Below, piece after piece: positions 1 through 10,149 of a stretch of 64,000 nucleotides of DNA. Source of the stretch: Longimicrobiales bacterium (lineage in GTDB: Bacteria; Gemmatimonadota; Gemmatimonadetes; Longimicrobiales; Gaopeijiaceae); the NCBI GenBank assembly GCA_965203485.1, contig OZ241892.1:2016001-2080000 (forward strand), in the 5' to 3' direction. The translations under genes and the position numbers were made by a program. Position 1 is the first letter of the stretch. Every line of letters starts with the position of its first letter. The notes under the pieces were generated by a model, which was not told where the DNA came from, searched no databases, and saw nothing but the letters and a program-made list of their open reading frames with translations.

Positions 1-82
1 ATGCCTTGAGATATTCCTTCAAGACGAGGTGCTTGCCTTCCGTGTGGGGCTCACGGGACCAAAGGGTGGACTTGGGCTTCAT
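1..82 (-). CDS. tcmP: Three-Cys-motif partner protein TcmP, N-terminus only (gene runs off the window edge)
   Basis: Reverse strand from ATG at 82 reads MKPKSTLWSREPHTEGKHLVLKEYLKA, matching the HT-x-x-KH-x-x-L-x-x-YL-x-AW start typical of TcmP; ATGA overlap with the DUF5131 stop. Confidence 0.7.
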   Translation of the reverse strand, partial: MKPKSTLWSREPHTEGKHLVLKEYLKA

Positions 83-891
83 CGTCCTGCGCCCTGCGCT
101 GCGCTCGAGGCGTCGCTCAACGAAAATGCCGGCGACTCGTTCCAGTCCCTGCCGTCCAGCTTTCGGCCTCCCGCCTTTGGAGTCCGGCCGCCCCATTGCT
201 TGAAGAAGAAGGACACCTGTCGCATGCGGCACTGGTCGCGCACGCGCTTGGCCCATTCGGGGTCCAGCGGACGTGCGTCGGGGCCGCTCTCGCCGCCTAC
301 AATGACCCAATGGATGGCGCGGCGAGTGGCCAGGAACGGCGACAGGTCGAGTGGACCGATCAGGGGCTCGCAACTCAGAAAGCGCACCGTGGCCCGGACG
401 GCCAACAGGTGTCGCACCCGGTAAGCGACCGACTGGTTCTCGACGGACGTGCCGATCCAGATGTTGGAAGGGAGCCCCGCCGGGAGCAGGTCGGCATGCC
501 GTTGCACGAACTTGGCGGCCCTCGAGGGACGCTTGGTCAGGACCTGGTAGACGTGACGGCCGACATCGAGCATCACCTTGAAGCAACGGCGGACAAACTC
601 CTCGGGCACGTCCTTGTGGAACAAGTCCGACATGGAGTTGACGAAGATGCGACGAGGCCGCCGCCACGAACCCGGTATCGCGAGTCGCTCCGGCCAGGTG
701 CGAACCGCGAAGGGGTCCTGCCGGTTCGTTGCCGTGTTCACCACGGGGAGGCGAGCGCGGTAGGTCTCTGCCAGCAACCGTCTCGACAGCCGATCGGCAT
801 AACAGTGGTCGCAACCAGCGGATACGCGGGTGCATCCGGTCGTCGGGTTCCACGTGGCGTCGGTCCACTCGATGGAGGTGCGTTCGGGCAC
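79..891 (-). CDS. DUF5131 (phage Gp37/Gp68 family) protein
   Basis: SIEWTDATWNPTTGCTRVSAGCDHCYA, FVNSMSDLFH, QVLTKRP, WVIVGGESG, FFFKQWGG; GTG at 891 preceded by AGGAG. Confidence 0.9.
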   Translation of the reverse strand: MPERTSIEWTDATWNPTTGCTRVSAGCDHCYADRLSRRLLAETYRARLPVVNTATNRQDPFAVRTWPERLAIPGSWRRPRRIFVNSMSDLFHKDVPEEFVRRCFKVMLDVGRHVYQVLTKRPSRAAKFVQRHADLLPAGLPSNIWIGTSVENQSVAYRVRHLLAVRATVRFLSCEPLIGPLDLSPFLATRRAIHWVIVGGESGPDARPLDPEWAKRVRDQCRMRQVSFFFKQWGGRTPKAGGRKLDGRDWNESPAFSLSDASSAAQGAGR

Positions 892-1105
892 GGTGGTCTC
901 CTGGTCCGGGAGCTGGTTCCTTTGGTCCGGTGCGAATCGCCGGGCCTGGCCCACTCCGGCCCGGAACCTAAGGTAATGTTTCGGCTTTTGTGCGGCTACA
1001 GCATCCGAAGCCCGTCGCTCCGGTTTCCTTGGCAACGGAACCAGTCAGAAGGCAGAGCGTCAGCGTCCCACGCTCGCGGCTGTCACGCCTTGAACGGGTG
1101 CGGGT

Positions 1106-2218
<1,113 letters not shown>

Positions 2219-2301
2219 GGTGACCTCTCGCGAAATAGAGTGGGTTGATGGTCGCTCGTCGGAGCCGTTTGCGCTTGGTGGGTGGCGCACGCCGAAAAGC
2301 A

Positions 2302-3903
2302 TTACCGGTGGCCTCCCAGCTTTCTCAGGCGTTCGCTTCCCGCCGACGTGAGGCGGTATCGTTGCTTGCTGCTGCGCGGCTTGTCCGGGATGGTCATTTC
2401 GATCAGTCCGGCTCGCAGGGCAGGAAGCAGGTAGGCTTCGCGGAAATGAATCCGATGTCTGAGGCCGAGAGCCTCCTGGATGCCCCGCCCGGTCATTTCC
2501 CCCGACATCGCCCGAAGCAACCGGGCCTCGAGGCCGACTTGTTCGGTCGCTTGTTCGGTCGCCCGCTCGACTTGTTCGGCCGCTTGTTCGGTTGCGCGCC
2601 CGACTTGTTCGGCCGCGCCCGCAACTTGGTCGGTGACGGCCCCGGCGATTTCCCTGGAAACTTCTTCGGCCTGCTCCGCCCCGACTTCTCCTGTCGCTTG
2701 CTCGACTTCCTCGGCAACTTCACTTTGGAGGAAGTCTCCGGCGCCTTGCGGGCCGCCGCCTTCTCGCGCCACCAGCCGCACTTTCGGGTTCGGTCGGAAG
2801 GTCACGGTGACGAAGCGGCCCACGTCGAACTCCGGTTCCGGGCAGTCCTGCCGTCGGGCGCCGTCTCGGATGCGGCGGATACCTGTTCCGGCCTTCTCGA
2901 TGAAGTCGATGCGATGAAGAAGGTCCGCGATGAGCGGGTTCCGCCGAATGCTAACGTGTCCGAGGTTGGCCGGGGTCAGGCCCTTGGGCAAGCCGCCGGG
3001 ACTGATCACCTTGATGCGATCCGTATAGACCTCGACGAAGACGTTGGCGCCCTCGAAGAACCAGTCGCGGTGCATGACCGCATTGGTGACGGCCTCTCGC
3101 AAGGCCTCCATCGGGTACTCTGGGATGTTCTGCCGCCGCAGCCCCTTGATTCTGTAGGCCATGCGAGTGTTGCGCTCAATGAACCGCATGGTTTCTTCGA
3201 TGTCTGCCGCGATGCCCGCGTCAAAGTCCTTGCGGTCCAGGATGTGGACCTTGTCGGTTCCTTTCCCCAATAGGCAGGTGACGTAGCCTTCCGGAAAGAA
3301 GCGCCGCACCTTCTTGGCAAAAAAGAGCACGCCGGCGTTGCGGAACAGCAAGCCGTCGCCCGTGCGCTCGGCAACTTCGATGTTGACCAGCACGTCTTCC
3401 ACGGTCGAACCTGCCGTGATGCCGGACAACCGCATCCAACCGTCGAACTTCTCGCGGTCGAAGTCTTCCGGATAATTGAAGCGCGGACAGGGAGACAGGT
3501 CGAACCGAATGGCACCCTCGGCCCGAAAAAAGTCGCGAATCTCGTCACGGCTCATCTCTTGGGTCACGGCGCCCTGTCGCCAGAAGAAGCCGTCGCTGCA
3601 CTGTACGGGCTTCGCGTCGCTCTCGCGAACATGAACCACGAGCACGCCGTTCACGGGTTCGACCAGCACCTTGACCGACGGGTCGCAATCGCGGGCGATG
3701 TTCTGGATGCGGGCACGCAACGCATTGCCGTCCTCGACCCCGATCATGCGGCCGTCGTCATCCACGCCCACAAGAATCTTGCCGCCTATGGTGTTGGCAA
3801 GAGCGACGATCCCTCTGGCAAAGGACGTCGACACGCGCTCCTTGAACTCCAGCGTGGTGCCCTCGCCTTGCTGGACGAGGATCTCGAGGTCCGTCGCAGT
3901 CAT
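2302..3903 (-). CDS. AlbA_2 (Schlafen-like) + HATPase_c_4 + wHTH ATP-binding protein
   Basis: GEGTTLEFKE, ALANTIGGKILVGVDDDG, ALREAVTNAVMHRD, SPGGLP, RNPLIA, EKAGTGI, C-terminal IEMTIPDKPRSSKQRYRLT. Confidence 0.85.
   Translation of the reverse strand: MTATDLEILVQQGEGTTLEFKERVSTSFARGIVALANTIGGKILVGVDDDGRMIGVEDGNALRARIQNIARDCDPSVKVLVEPVNGVLVVHVRESDAKPVQCSDGFFWRQGAVTQEMSRDEIRDFFRAEGAIRFDLSPCPRFNYPEDFDREKFDGWMRLSGITAGSTVEDVLVNIEVAERTGDGLLFRNAGVLFFAKKVRRFFPEGYVTCLLGKGTDKVHILDRKDFDAGIAADIEETMRFIERNTRMAYRIKGLRRQNIPEYPMEALREAVTNAVMHRDWFFEGANVFVEVYTDRIKVISPGGLPKGLTPANLGHVSIRRNPLIADLLHRIDFIEKAGTGIRRIRDGARRQDCPEPEFDVGRFVTVTFRPNPKVRLVAREGGGPQGAGDFLQSEVAEEVEQATGEVGAEQAEEVSREIAGAVTDQVAGAAEQVGRATEQAAEQVERATEQATEQVGLEARLLRAMSGEMTGRGIQEALGLRHRIHFREAYLLPALRAGLIEMTIPDKPRSSKQRYRLTSAGSERLRKLGGHR
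2539..2630 (-). repeat. Imperfect short tandem repeats (CCGAACAAG core) encoding an EQV/EQA linker
   Basis: CTTGTTCGG recurs several times on the + strand; protein reads EQVGRATEQAAEQVERATEQATEQV. Confidence 0.7.
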
Positions 3904-4149
3904 GCGGGCGATTGGCCGACCTTCCGTGCGAAGCTCAGGGAGTCTGCTCCCAGATTTGGCGGAATCTGTTGCGCGGTGGCCAATCTGCGGCCTGACGGCC
4001 CGTAGAGCGACAATCAGGATGAGACGCTCATGATCGTGACGGGAACGATGGGAGCGGAGGGGGGTCCGGTCAAGGCGGGGGCTTGGACCGTCATCCGCGT
4101 GCCTACGGCACGACACTTCCGGGTGGCCCCGCCCGGCCCCTCGTGCTCC

Positions 4150-4325
4150 TCACGCCCTTTCCACAGCACACGCAACGGGACGGCGCCAAGTGCCTTGCCG
4201 AACGACACGCCCAGCTCGTCGTCGTACAACACGACGCCACCGACGAAACGCGGACCGAGCACCGGCCGGAGCTTGCGCAGTCCCTGGGAAGTCGGCGTGG
4301 TTGACGGTCGCCGCGGCCGCCTCGG
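4150..4325 (-). pseudogene. C-terminal fragment of an AAA/DUF4143 protein, frameshifted
   Basis: EAAAATVNHADF in one frame continues as GLRKLRPVLGPRFVGGVVLYD...AVPLRVLW in another. Confidence 0.6.
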
Positions 4326-4660
4326 TCGCCCAGGAGAGCAACTGGATCCCCAGAGCGCAAGCGGGTTCGTGACGGCGCATCGCGCCGTCTTCCCCATCCG
4401 CACCATGTGCCGCGTCCTCCGTCGCTCCAGGAGCCGTTGCTACGCTTCGCTCAAGCGACCGCTTCCGCCCGGGACCCGGGACCGCCGCAACGCCGCCCTC
4501 CACGTCCGAGTACACGAGAGCTAGAAGGCCAGCCGTCGATCCGGCCGCTGGTCCGGCATCCGCACCGACCTCAAGATACATGGCGCCCAAGCGTGCCCGC
4601 CTCATGCGGAGAGAACGGATCAAGCGCGCGAGTCGGGCCACAAGGCGACCACCCGCTGAA
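4310..4660 (+). mobile_element. IS3-family transposase remnant (orfA end / orfB start)
   Basis: AAASVAQESNWIP resembles an OrfA end; FVTAHRAVFPIRTMCRVL..SRSRCYASLKRP and KRARLMR resemble an OrfB N-terminus; stops and frameshifts present. Confidence 0.65.
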
Positions 4661-4722
4661 CCATCGCGACGATTGCCTCATGTGCGTGGGCGGTTGCGGT
4701 CCGGCCAGATGCGTATCCGGTG

Positions 4723-5460
4723 TCACCGGTTAGCCGTCCCACGGTCGAGATGGCGTGCAAGGACCTTCTTGACGTAATCCGGCATGTCGATGCCTTGTCG
4801 AGCCGCTGCCGCGCTCAGATCGTCGTAGGCATTCACTTCTTCTCCCGCCCACATGATGTCAAGCCTCCGGCGGTCGTGGGTGGCAACGTAAGAATAGGAT
4901 TCCGGATATGCCCAGTAGCACGACTTGCATGTGGCCGGGTCCTTGACCTCCCAGTTCGGACAGTTCTCGCAACTCCAGGACTTGGCTCGGTTTGCAGATG
5001 GACACAAGAGCATGTACTCATCAACGCCATCCGTTGGCGAATCGCGTCCGCTTATCTCAAAGGGTACCCTGTGGTCGATCTGCAGTTCGCGTTCCGACAA
5101 TGATTCCAAATAGATGTTGCACCTGGCACCATCCTTCTCTATCAGTTTCGCTTTGAGCTCGCCGGTGAGGACCGTTCGTCCTGATGCGTCAGAAAGGCGG
5201 ACTTGCGACGGATCCCCGAAACGGTAGAGAGCCATGGTTTTACCGTCCGACGTGACAATGGTGTCGGTTACAAGCGGAATGCCCAGTTCTCGAACATCCC
5301 GAGCCGCACGCGGCGGATGACTGTAACCGTACAACTTTCTCAGTTCTTCGGTCGTAACGTGCCCGTGATGAAGTATGTGTTGAATCACTGTTCGCGGACG
5401 CTTGGCTGTAACGCTATCGAGGAGTTCAAGAAATTCCCGCGAGTACTTGCTACGACTCAT
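4723..5460 (-). CDS. HNH endonuclease, putative Type II restriction enzyme (SphI-like)
   Basis: GYSHPPRAARDVRE, LQIDHRVPF, LCPSANRAKSWSCENCPNW, CKSCYWA; ATGA-coupled to the upstream MTase; lower GC. Confidence 0.75.
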   Translation of the reverse strand: MSRSKYSREFLELLDSVTAKRPRTVIQHILHHGHVTTEELRKLYGYSHPPRAARDVRELGIPLVTDTIVTSDGKTMALYRFGDPSQVRLSDASGRTVLTGELKAKLIEKDGARCNIYLESLSERELQIDHRVPFEISGRDSPTDGVDEYMLLCPSANRAKSWSCENCPNWEVKDPATCKSCYWAYPESYSYVATHDRRRLDIMWAGEEVNAYDDLSAAAARQGIDMPDYVKKVLARHLDRGTANR

Positions 5461-6398
5461 TCGAACAGTGCCGGCTGGACAGCATGCGAGGCCGTCTCAA
5501 CGTGTCGTTCAAGACTCCCGAGCCGTCTCACCAGCGCTGGCGAGAGATACAGGGACTCGACCGTCTCGCGGGCTTGACCCAGCAAGGTGGCTTGAGTGGA
5601 TCTTCCAGCGGGGAGGTAGATGTGATGCAACCGGAGGACCTTCGGCAACAGCTTGCCGTGGGCTTTGCCGCCGGTCCTGCCGTCGTAGCTGACGATGTAG
5701 GACAGTTCCAGTTTGTTCATTGTGTGCAACGTGCCGACGAACTCGTCGTAGTCGATGCCATCGCAGTATCTCCTGTCTCGCGTTTGCGAAGTGCCTTGGT
5801 ACGGCGGATCAATGTAGACGAGGTCCTCCGGCGTCGATGCCAGCACCACTTGCCGATAGTCCTGCGCCGACAAGTCCGTCCTGCCCGCCAGCAACCGGTG
5901 TACGCCAAGTATCTGTCGGCGCATGACCGTGGGTCTCATGCCGGCCCGGCGGTTGTCGGGGCTCTGGTTGAACGCTCCGGTGGCATTGTACCGGACGGAC
6001 CCCTTCACGATTCGAGCCAGCAGATAGAGGAGGTGGCCCGGTTGGCCCGACTCGTTGAACTCCTTGCGAATGTCGAAGAAGAACCCCTTCATGTGCGGTT
6101 GTTGGTCGCGCCATAGGCGAGCGTAGTCGGCAACGAGCCCCTCGGGCCTCTCCACAATTTCCCGCCACAAGGCCATCAGAGGCGCGTTGAAGTCGTTGAT
6201 CCAAAACCGCCTTGCCAACCCATGGGTCGCGGCCGCGATCGATACGGCGGCCGAGCCGCAGCAGGGCTCCACCACCCGATCCAGGTCCGCCGGAAAGTAG
6301 GGCAGGATGAACTTCGCGATCCCGCGCTTGCTTCCCTGGTAGGGAAACGGGTGCGGGGCGGCCGGGCCGATCCCGGCCATGGCTTCCAGCGGTCTCAT
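5457..6398 (-). CDS. Dam-type (alpha class) N6-adenine DNA methyltransferase; start uncertain
   Basis: PFPYQGSKR, EPCCGSAAV (motif I), IND, YIDPPY (motif IV). Confidence 0.88.
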   Translation of the reverse strand: MRPLEAMAGIGPAAPHPFPYQGSKRGIAKFILPYFPADLDRVVEPCCGSAAVSIAAATHGLARRFWINDFNAPLMALWREIVERPEGLVADYARLWRDQQPHMKGFFFDIRKEFNESGQPGHLLYLLARIVKGSVRYNATGAFNQSPDNRRAGMRPTVMRRQILGVHRLLAGRTDLSAQDYRQVVLASTPEDLVYIDPPYQGTSQTRDRRYCDGIDYDEFVGTLHTMNKLELSYIVSYDGRTGGKAHGKLLPKVLRLHHIYLPAGRSTQATLLGQARETVESLYLSPALVRRLGSLERHVETASHAVQPALFE

Positions 6399-6559
6399 GT
6401 CCTCCGTCGCCCCTTCCTGCGGGCATGTCGCACCCACCGAACAGGTACTGTCCGTAGTCTTCGGCATCGTCTGATGCGGCGTTGCTCGCATCTCGTACTA
6501 ATCCTTCTGGGCCCGAAGGACAAGGCCAGCACCGCATGCTGGCGTGTTAGACGCTCCGG

Positions 6560-6905
6560 CACGAGCCGTCGGTTGGCGGGCTGGCGGCTACGGGTGCGCA
6601 ACGGAGGGCGTCCACCGCAGGGAATGGTGGTGGACCCGGACAGCCCGCAAAATTGAGGTTCACGGCCGGGTAGCCGGGCAACGGTTGGAACGGCCACTCC
6701 AAAGGCGCCGGGATATCCGGCCGAGAAGCTGATGCAGGCACTCAAGGAGCGGGGGAGGCCGTTCGTGGCCCGGGTCCGGCGGACCATGGTGTTGGAGGTT
6801 GGCCACGTCGGCTGTGGACGAAGTCGTGCAGAAGACCCGGAACGACGTCCCGCCGCCGCCCTACTGCCGCTCTACCGGAAGCGCGCCAAGGCCGAGGGCC
6901 CCCCT
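6560..6905 (+). mobile_element. IS1380-family transposase remnant, heavily deleted
   Basis: Fragments in several frames: LAGWRLR..GG, VVDPDS/IEVHG, WNGH, GYPAEKLMQALKERGRPFVARV, LLPLYRKRAKAEG. Confidence 0.55.
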
Positions 6906-8144
6906 TCACTGTTCGCCCTTCTGTCGTTTGGATGTCTTCCAAAGGCAAACGGTGAAGCGGTGTTCCTCCGCAATGAACTTCGGCTCCGTGCCGTTGTGAG
7001 CCCTCATGCCCGGAATCATCTTCATCCTCACTCCCATCCCCCGTGCATCCACGTACCTGTAGTCCCTCATGATGTTCACCAGCGTCTGATTGCGAGCGTA
7101 CCGAGTCCCTCCCTTCATTCTCTCCACGGTCACGGTGTTCGGCAACGTGCCGGGACTCTCCACCTCCATGCGATCAGAGTAAATGGTCACGGCGACGTCC
7201 GTACCGGCGATGCTGTAGTCTCTGTGAACTAGAGCATTGACTATCGCTTCTCGAACTACCGTCTCCGGAAACTCCCATGCGTCCACACGCCGCGGGCCGT
7301 CCAATCGAGCCATTGCGCTTGTGTTGCGCCTGACGAAATCCCAGGTCTGCTCGACCATTCCGTTTTCGACAAATCCGTTGTCGCCACCGAGCGATACCAA
7401 GGGTCCCCGTATAACCTCGTCAGCGTGAGCGGGATAGTCGGGCTCTGCGCCTTCATAGCACACAGCCCTAACACCGGCCTGCGACAAATATCGCGCCGGC
7501 GTCTTGCCGAACAGAAGCAATCCGTCGACAGTCGCCAGGTGAACGCCGTCTGACTCCGTCATCAGCTCCAAGTTCGCTAGCAGTCCCTCCCAGCCTTCCC
7601 GATCGTCGTCTGCAGGGACATCGGCCCGAAGCAACCGCGAGCAGTAGTCCTGCAACCGTCTACGATCAAAAGCGGCTATGTCCGCACCGGGGACCGGCCG
7701 CAGGCCGTAACGCATGTATCCTGATGCCTGATACATGCGTCCGAGCTCCTCCCGGCTCGCTTCCCGGCTGCTGCTGCCAACACGGATATAGTACGTCTTC
7801 CCGTTGTTGTGAATCCGTGCGTACGGCTTGTCCGGTCCGGCCGATACGCGTATAGCCAAGACGTCCTTGCCTGCGGCCGCATTTCGAATCCACTGCAGTA
7901 CCGGCACTACGGGCGGCGCGATTTTGATCCGGCACAACTCTCCCACCCATTCCTCGAGTCCAGGCCGATTTACGCCTGATATGCTGCCGTCGTCTTCCAC
8001 GCCGAGTAGCAACGTACCTCCGTCCAGATTGAGAAATGCAACCAATTCTTTCGCCAGCTTGAAGTTACGCACATCGTCTCTCCTAAATTCGACAAGCGAA
8101 TCCTCGCCATTCCGCAATATATCAGAAAGCTCTACTCGATTCAT
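6906..8144 (-). CDS. Second AlbA_2 + HATPase_c_4 ATP-binding protein
   Basis: GEDSLVEFRRD, AFLNLDGGTLLLGVEDDG, REAIVNALVHRDY, ESPGTLP, ARNQTL, DARGMGV. Confidence 0.88.
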   Translation of the reverse strand: MNRVELSDILRNGEDSLVEFRRDDVRNFKLAKELVAFLNLDGGTLLLGVEDDGSISGVNRPGLEEWVGELCRIKIAPPVVPVLQWIRNAAAGKDVLAIRVSAGPDKPYARIHNNGKTYYIRVGSSSREASREELGRMYQASGYMRYGLRPVPGADIAAFDRRRLQDYCSRLLRADVPADDDREGWEGLLANLELMTESDGVHLATVDGLLLFGKTPARYLSQAGVRAVCYEGAEPDYPAHADEVIRGPLVSLGGDNGFVENGMVEQTWDFVRRNTSAMARLDGPRRVDAWEFPETVVREAIVNALVHRDYSIAGTDVAVTIYSDRMEVESPGTLPNTVTVERMKGGTRYARNQTLVNIMRDYRYVDARGMGVRMKMIPGMRAHNGTEPKFIAEEHRFTVCLWKTSKRQKGEQ

Positions 8145-8159
8145 CTTTCGCACACCATT

Positions 8160-8277
8160 CTAAAAGCCGTACCTGGATCGCCGGATCTCGCATAGCTCGC
8201 TGGATTGACCTGCAGGACGCATCGATGGAACACGGCGCCGACTGGAGCACGAGGTTGCGCTCGGGCTGCTTCGTCAT
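8160..8277 (-). pseudogene. Deletion scar of a TrlF-like PHP/AAA ATPase gene (N- and C-termini joined)
   Basis: PVGAVFHRCVLQVNPASY (N-terminal motif) abuts EIRRSRYGF* (typical C-terminus) in another frame. Confidence 0.5.
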
Positions 8278-8744
8278 TCCTGGCGCCGCGGTTATCGAGA
8301 TGCCCGGCCCAGGCGATACTTGGACCAACCGACCCCCGGAGATACCGAGCACGCCGGGTCCTGGCTCCGTTAGCCCGGCGGGGCTGCCGACCAGCAGGCG
8401 CCGGGCTTAGCAGGTTGCTGACGAAGGCGGCGGCACTGGCCTCGACGATGGCTCGCATGGCGTCTCCTCTTCGGCTAGACTGGAGCGGCAGGACGCCGAT
8501 GGGGATCCATACCGTTCCGGCATGATAGCACGGAAGGCGGGCGATGTACAGAGCCGGATCGATTGGCCAATCGGCGGGGGCTCCGGGGGCGGTTCCGCGA
8601 CTCGGAGGTCGAACGAGTGGGCGCCCCGGGCCTGCTGCCGATAAGGGGCCGGAGCGTAGCGGACGGGGGCGGGCGGAGCGGCGCCGGGAGGCGGCGAGAC
8701 CTCCTCCGATTCGGCGGTAGTCAACGCGTTGAGGCGCAGACCCC

Positions 8745-9810
8745 CTAGTTCGACGGGTCGCCAACCCGCTCCAGCGCCAGCAACCTGATGACGCTCACGA
8801 CGTGAGAATCGAGCTCGTCTCGCTCGATGTACGCCATCAGCCCGTCGGCTCCGAAGGCGCGAGGAATGCGGAGGCCGTCAGCGGACAACGTGCCCAAGTA
8901 GGTACCGTCGGCGTCAAACACATCGGTCGGCCCGTCGGAGAACCGTCTCTTCCCGTGCGTTCGACCCAAATGCGGTCTTCCGAGTCCACGGCCATCCTGT
9001 TGATCACAGGAATCTGCTCTGCAAACGTCATTCGACTCGCGGCGTCGTCCTGGAGTTGGCGCATGAGCGCACGACGCGCCTGCTCGGATATGTCGGCTCC
9101 AAGGACTGAGACGCTCGCGCTCATTCTTCGGTCTCGCGCTGCTTGCTTGATCGCCGGCGTGTAGGCTCCTTGAGCTTCCTCCAACATCAAATCTTCAGCC
9201 TCGTTGGGAATATTCCATGCGGCATAGAACGTTTCTCGCGTTCCGTCCAGGGAGTACAAATCCAATGAACGGTTGGGTTCGTCAAATCGCCACTTCCGCC
9301 GCAAGAATCCGACCGTCGGGCAACCCCCGAAGCACGTTGCTTACTATATCGACTTGAACTCCAGCTTGTTCGACAAATCTCCGTCTGGTCCGAATACCAA
9401 GAAGGACATGTGCCCACGGTCGTAAACGACCAGTCGCTCGTCGCCTAGCGTGACCAGCGACACCGGTTGCCGATACTCGCCCGGCCCATCGCCCGGTCGC
9501 GATACCTCGTGGCACCGGCTTCCGTCCGGGGCCACCAAGACGACACGCCTCTGCACGATGTCCAGTACGGCCAAGTCGCCAGTTGCCGTGAAGGCCGCCG
9601 AATAGATCCCGTTAAACGACGCCCAAGCCGCGCCGGTGATGCCGCCCGCGACGAACACATCTTCGGTGACGGCCGCCATGGGCACGTCCGAAGCGGTAGC
9701 CCAGCTGGTGTCCGCGATGGAGGATTCGTACCTGGACGTATCGCTGTCGCAAGCCGCGACGACAACAAGACACGCAGCGATTGCTCCCCGTATCACAATT
9801 CGGAACCTCA
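8745..9810 (-). pseudogene. 6-bladed beta-propeller lipoprotein, frameshifted
   Basis: Lipobox-like VVVAAC; SRPGDGPGEYRQP, LVVYDRG, MAVDSEDRIWV, DVFDADGTYLG split across several frames. Confidence 0.75.
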
Positions 9811-9854
9811 TCGGTGGACGGAAGTTAGGTGCCAAGGGCAGATCGGCCACCTCG

Positions 9855-9987
9855 TCACGCGGCCTCGAATTCCAGCGTCGACAGCTTCACCTTGGACGAA
9901 CGGCGCGACAGGTGGAGCACTTCGAAGCCGACTACTTCGCCCGAGTCGCTGTAGTCGAGAACGATGCCCGGCGAGACCTCCTCCGAC
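9855..9987. repeat. 133-bp direct repeat of 11747-11879 (3' half of DUF2283 gene)
   Basis: Manual alignment: 3 mismatches in 133 bp. Confidence 0.95.
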
Positions 9988-10120
9988 GTGATGGTCGTCC
10001 ACGGATGGGCTTGGGGTGTTCACGGCGCCAGGTCGTCGAGACCGAGGGGCCCCACGCCCGGGCCACGCGGACGTCGATCTCCACGCGCACTCCATGCGGT
10101 TGGCGTCGAGCAACGGGCGC
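9988..10120 (-). pseudogene. Remnants of the DUF4258 toxin 3' part and of a divergent MTase 3' end
   Basis: 9988-10026 matches about 11981-12018; about 10028-10118 is homologous to about 12309-12406 (RVEIDVRVARAWG vs RVEIDARVARAYG). Confidence 0.85.
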
Positions 10121-10149
10121 GCACTCCGCCCGCGCCGGCTGTCGAAGGT

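Noticed and set aside
2539..2630. CRISPR-like periodic repeats
   Set aside because: Units are about 9-12 bp, in frame within a coding linker, with no spacers and no cas genes
8290..8560. Possible PIN-toxin remnant (MRAIVEASAAAFVSNLLS with AGGAG RBS)
   Set aside because: Similarity too weak and short to support
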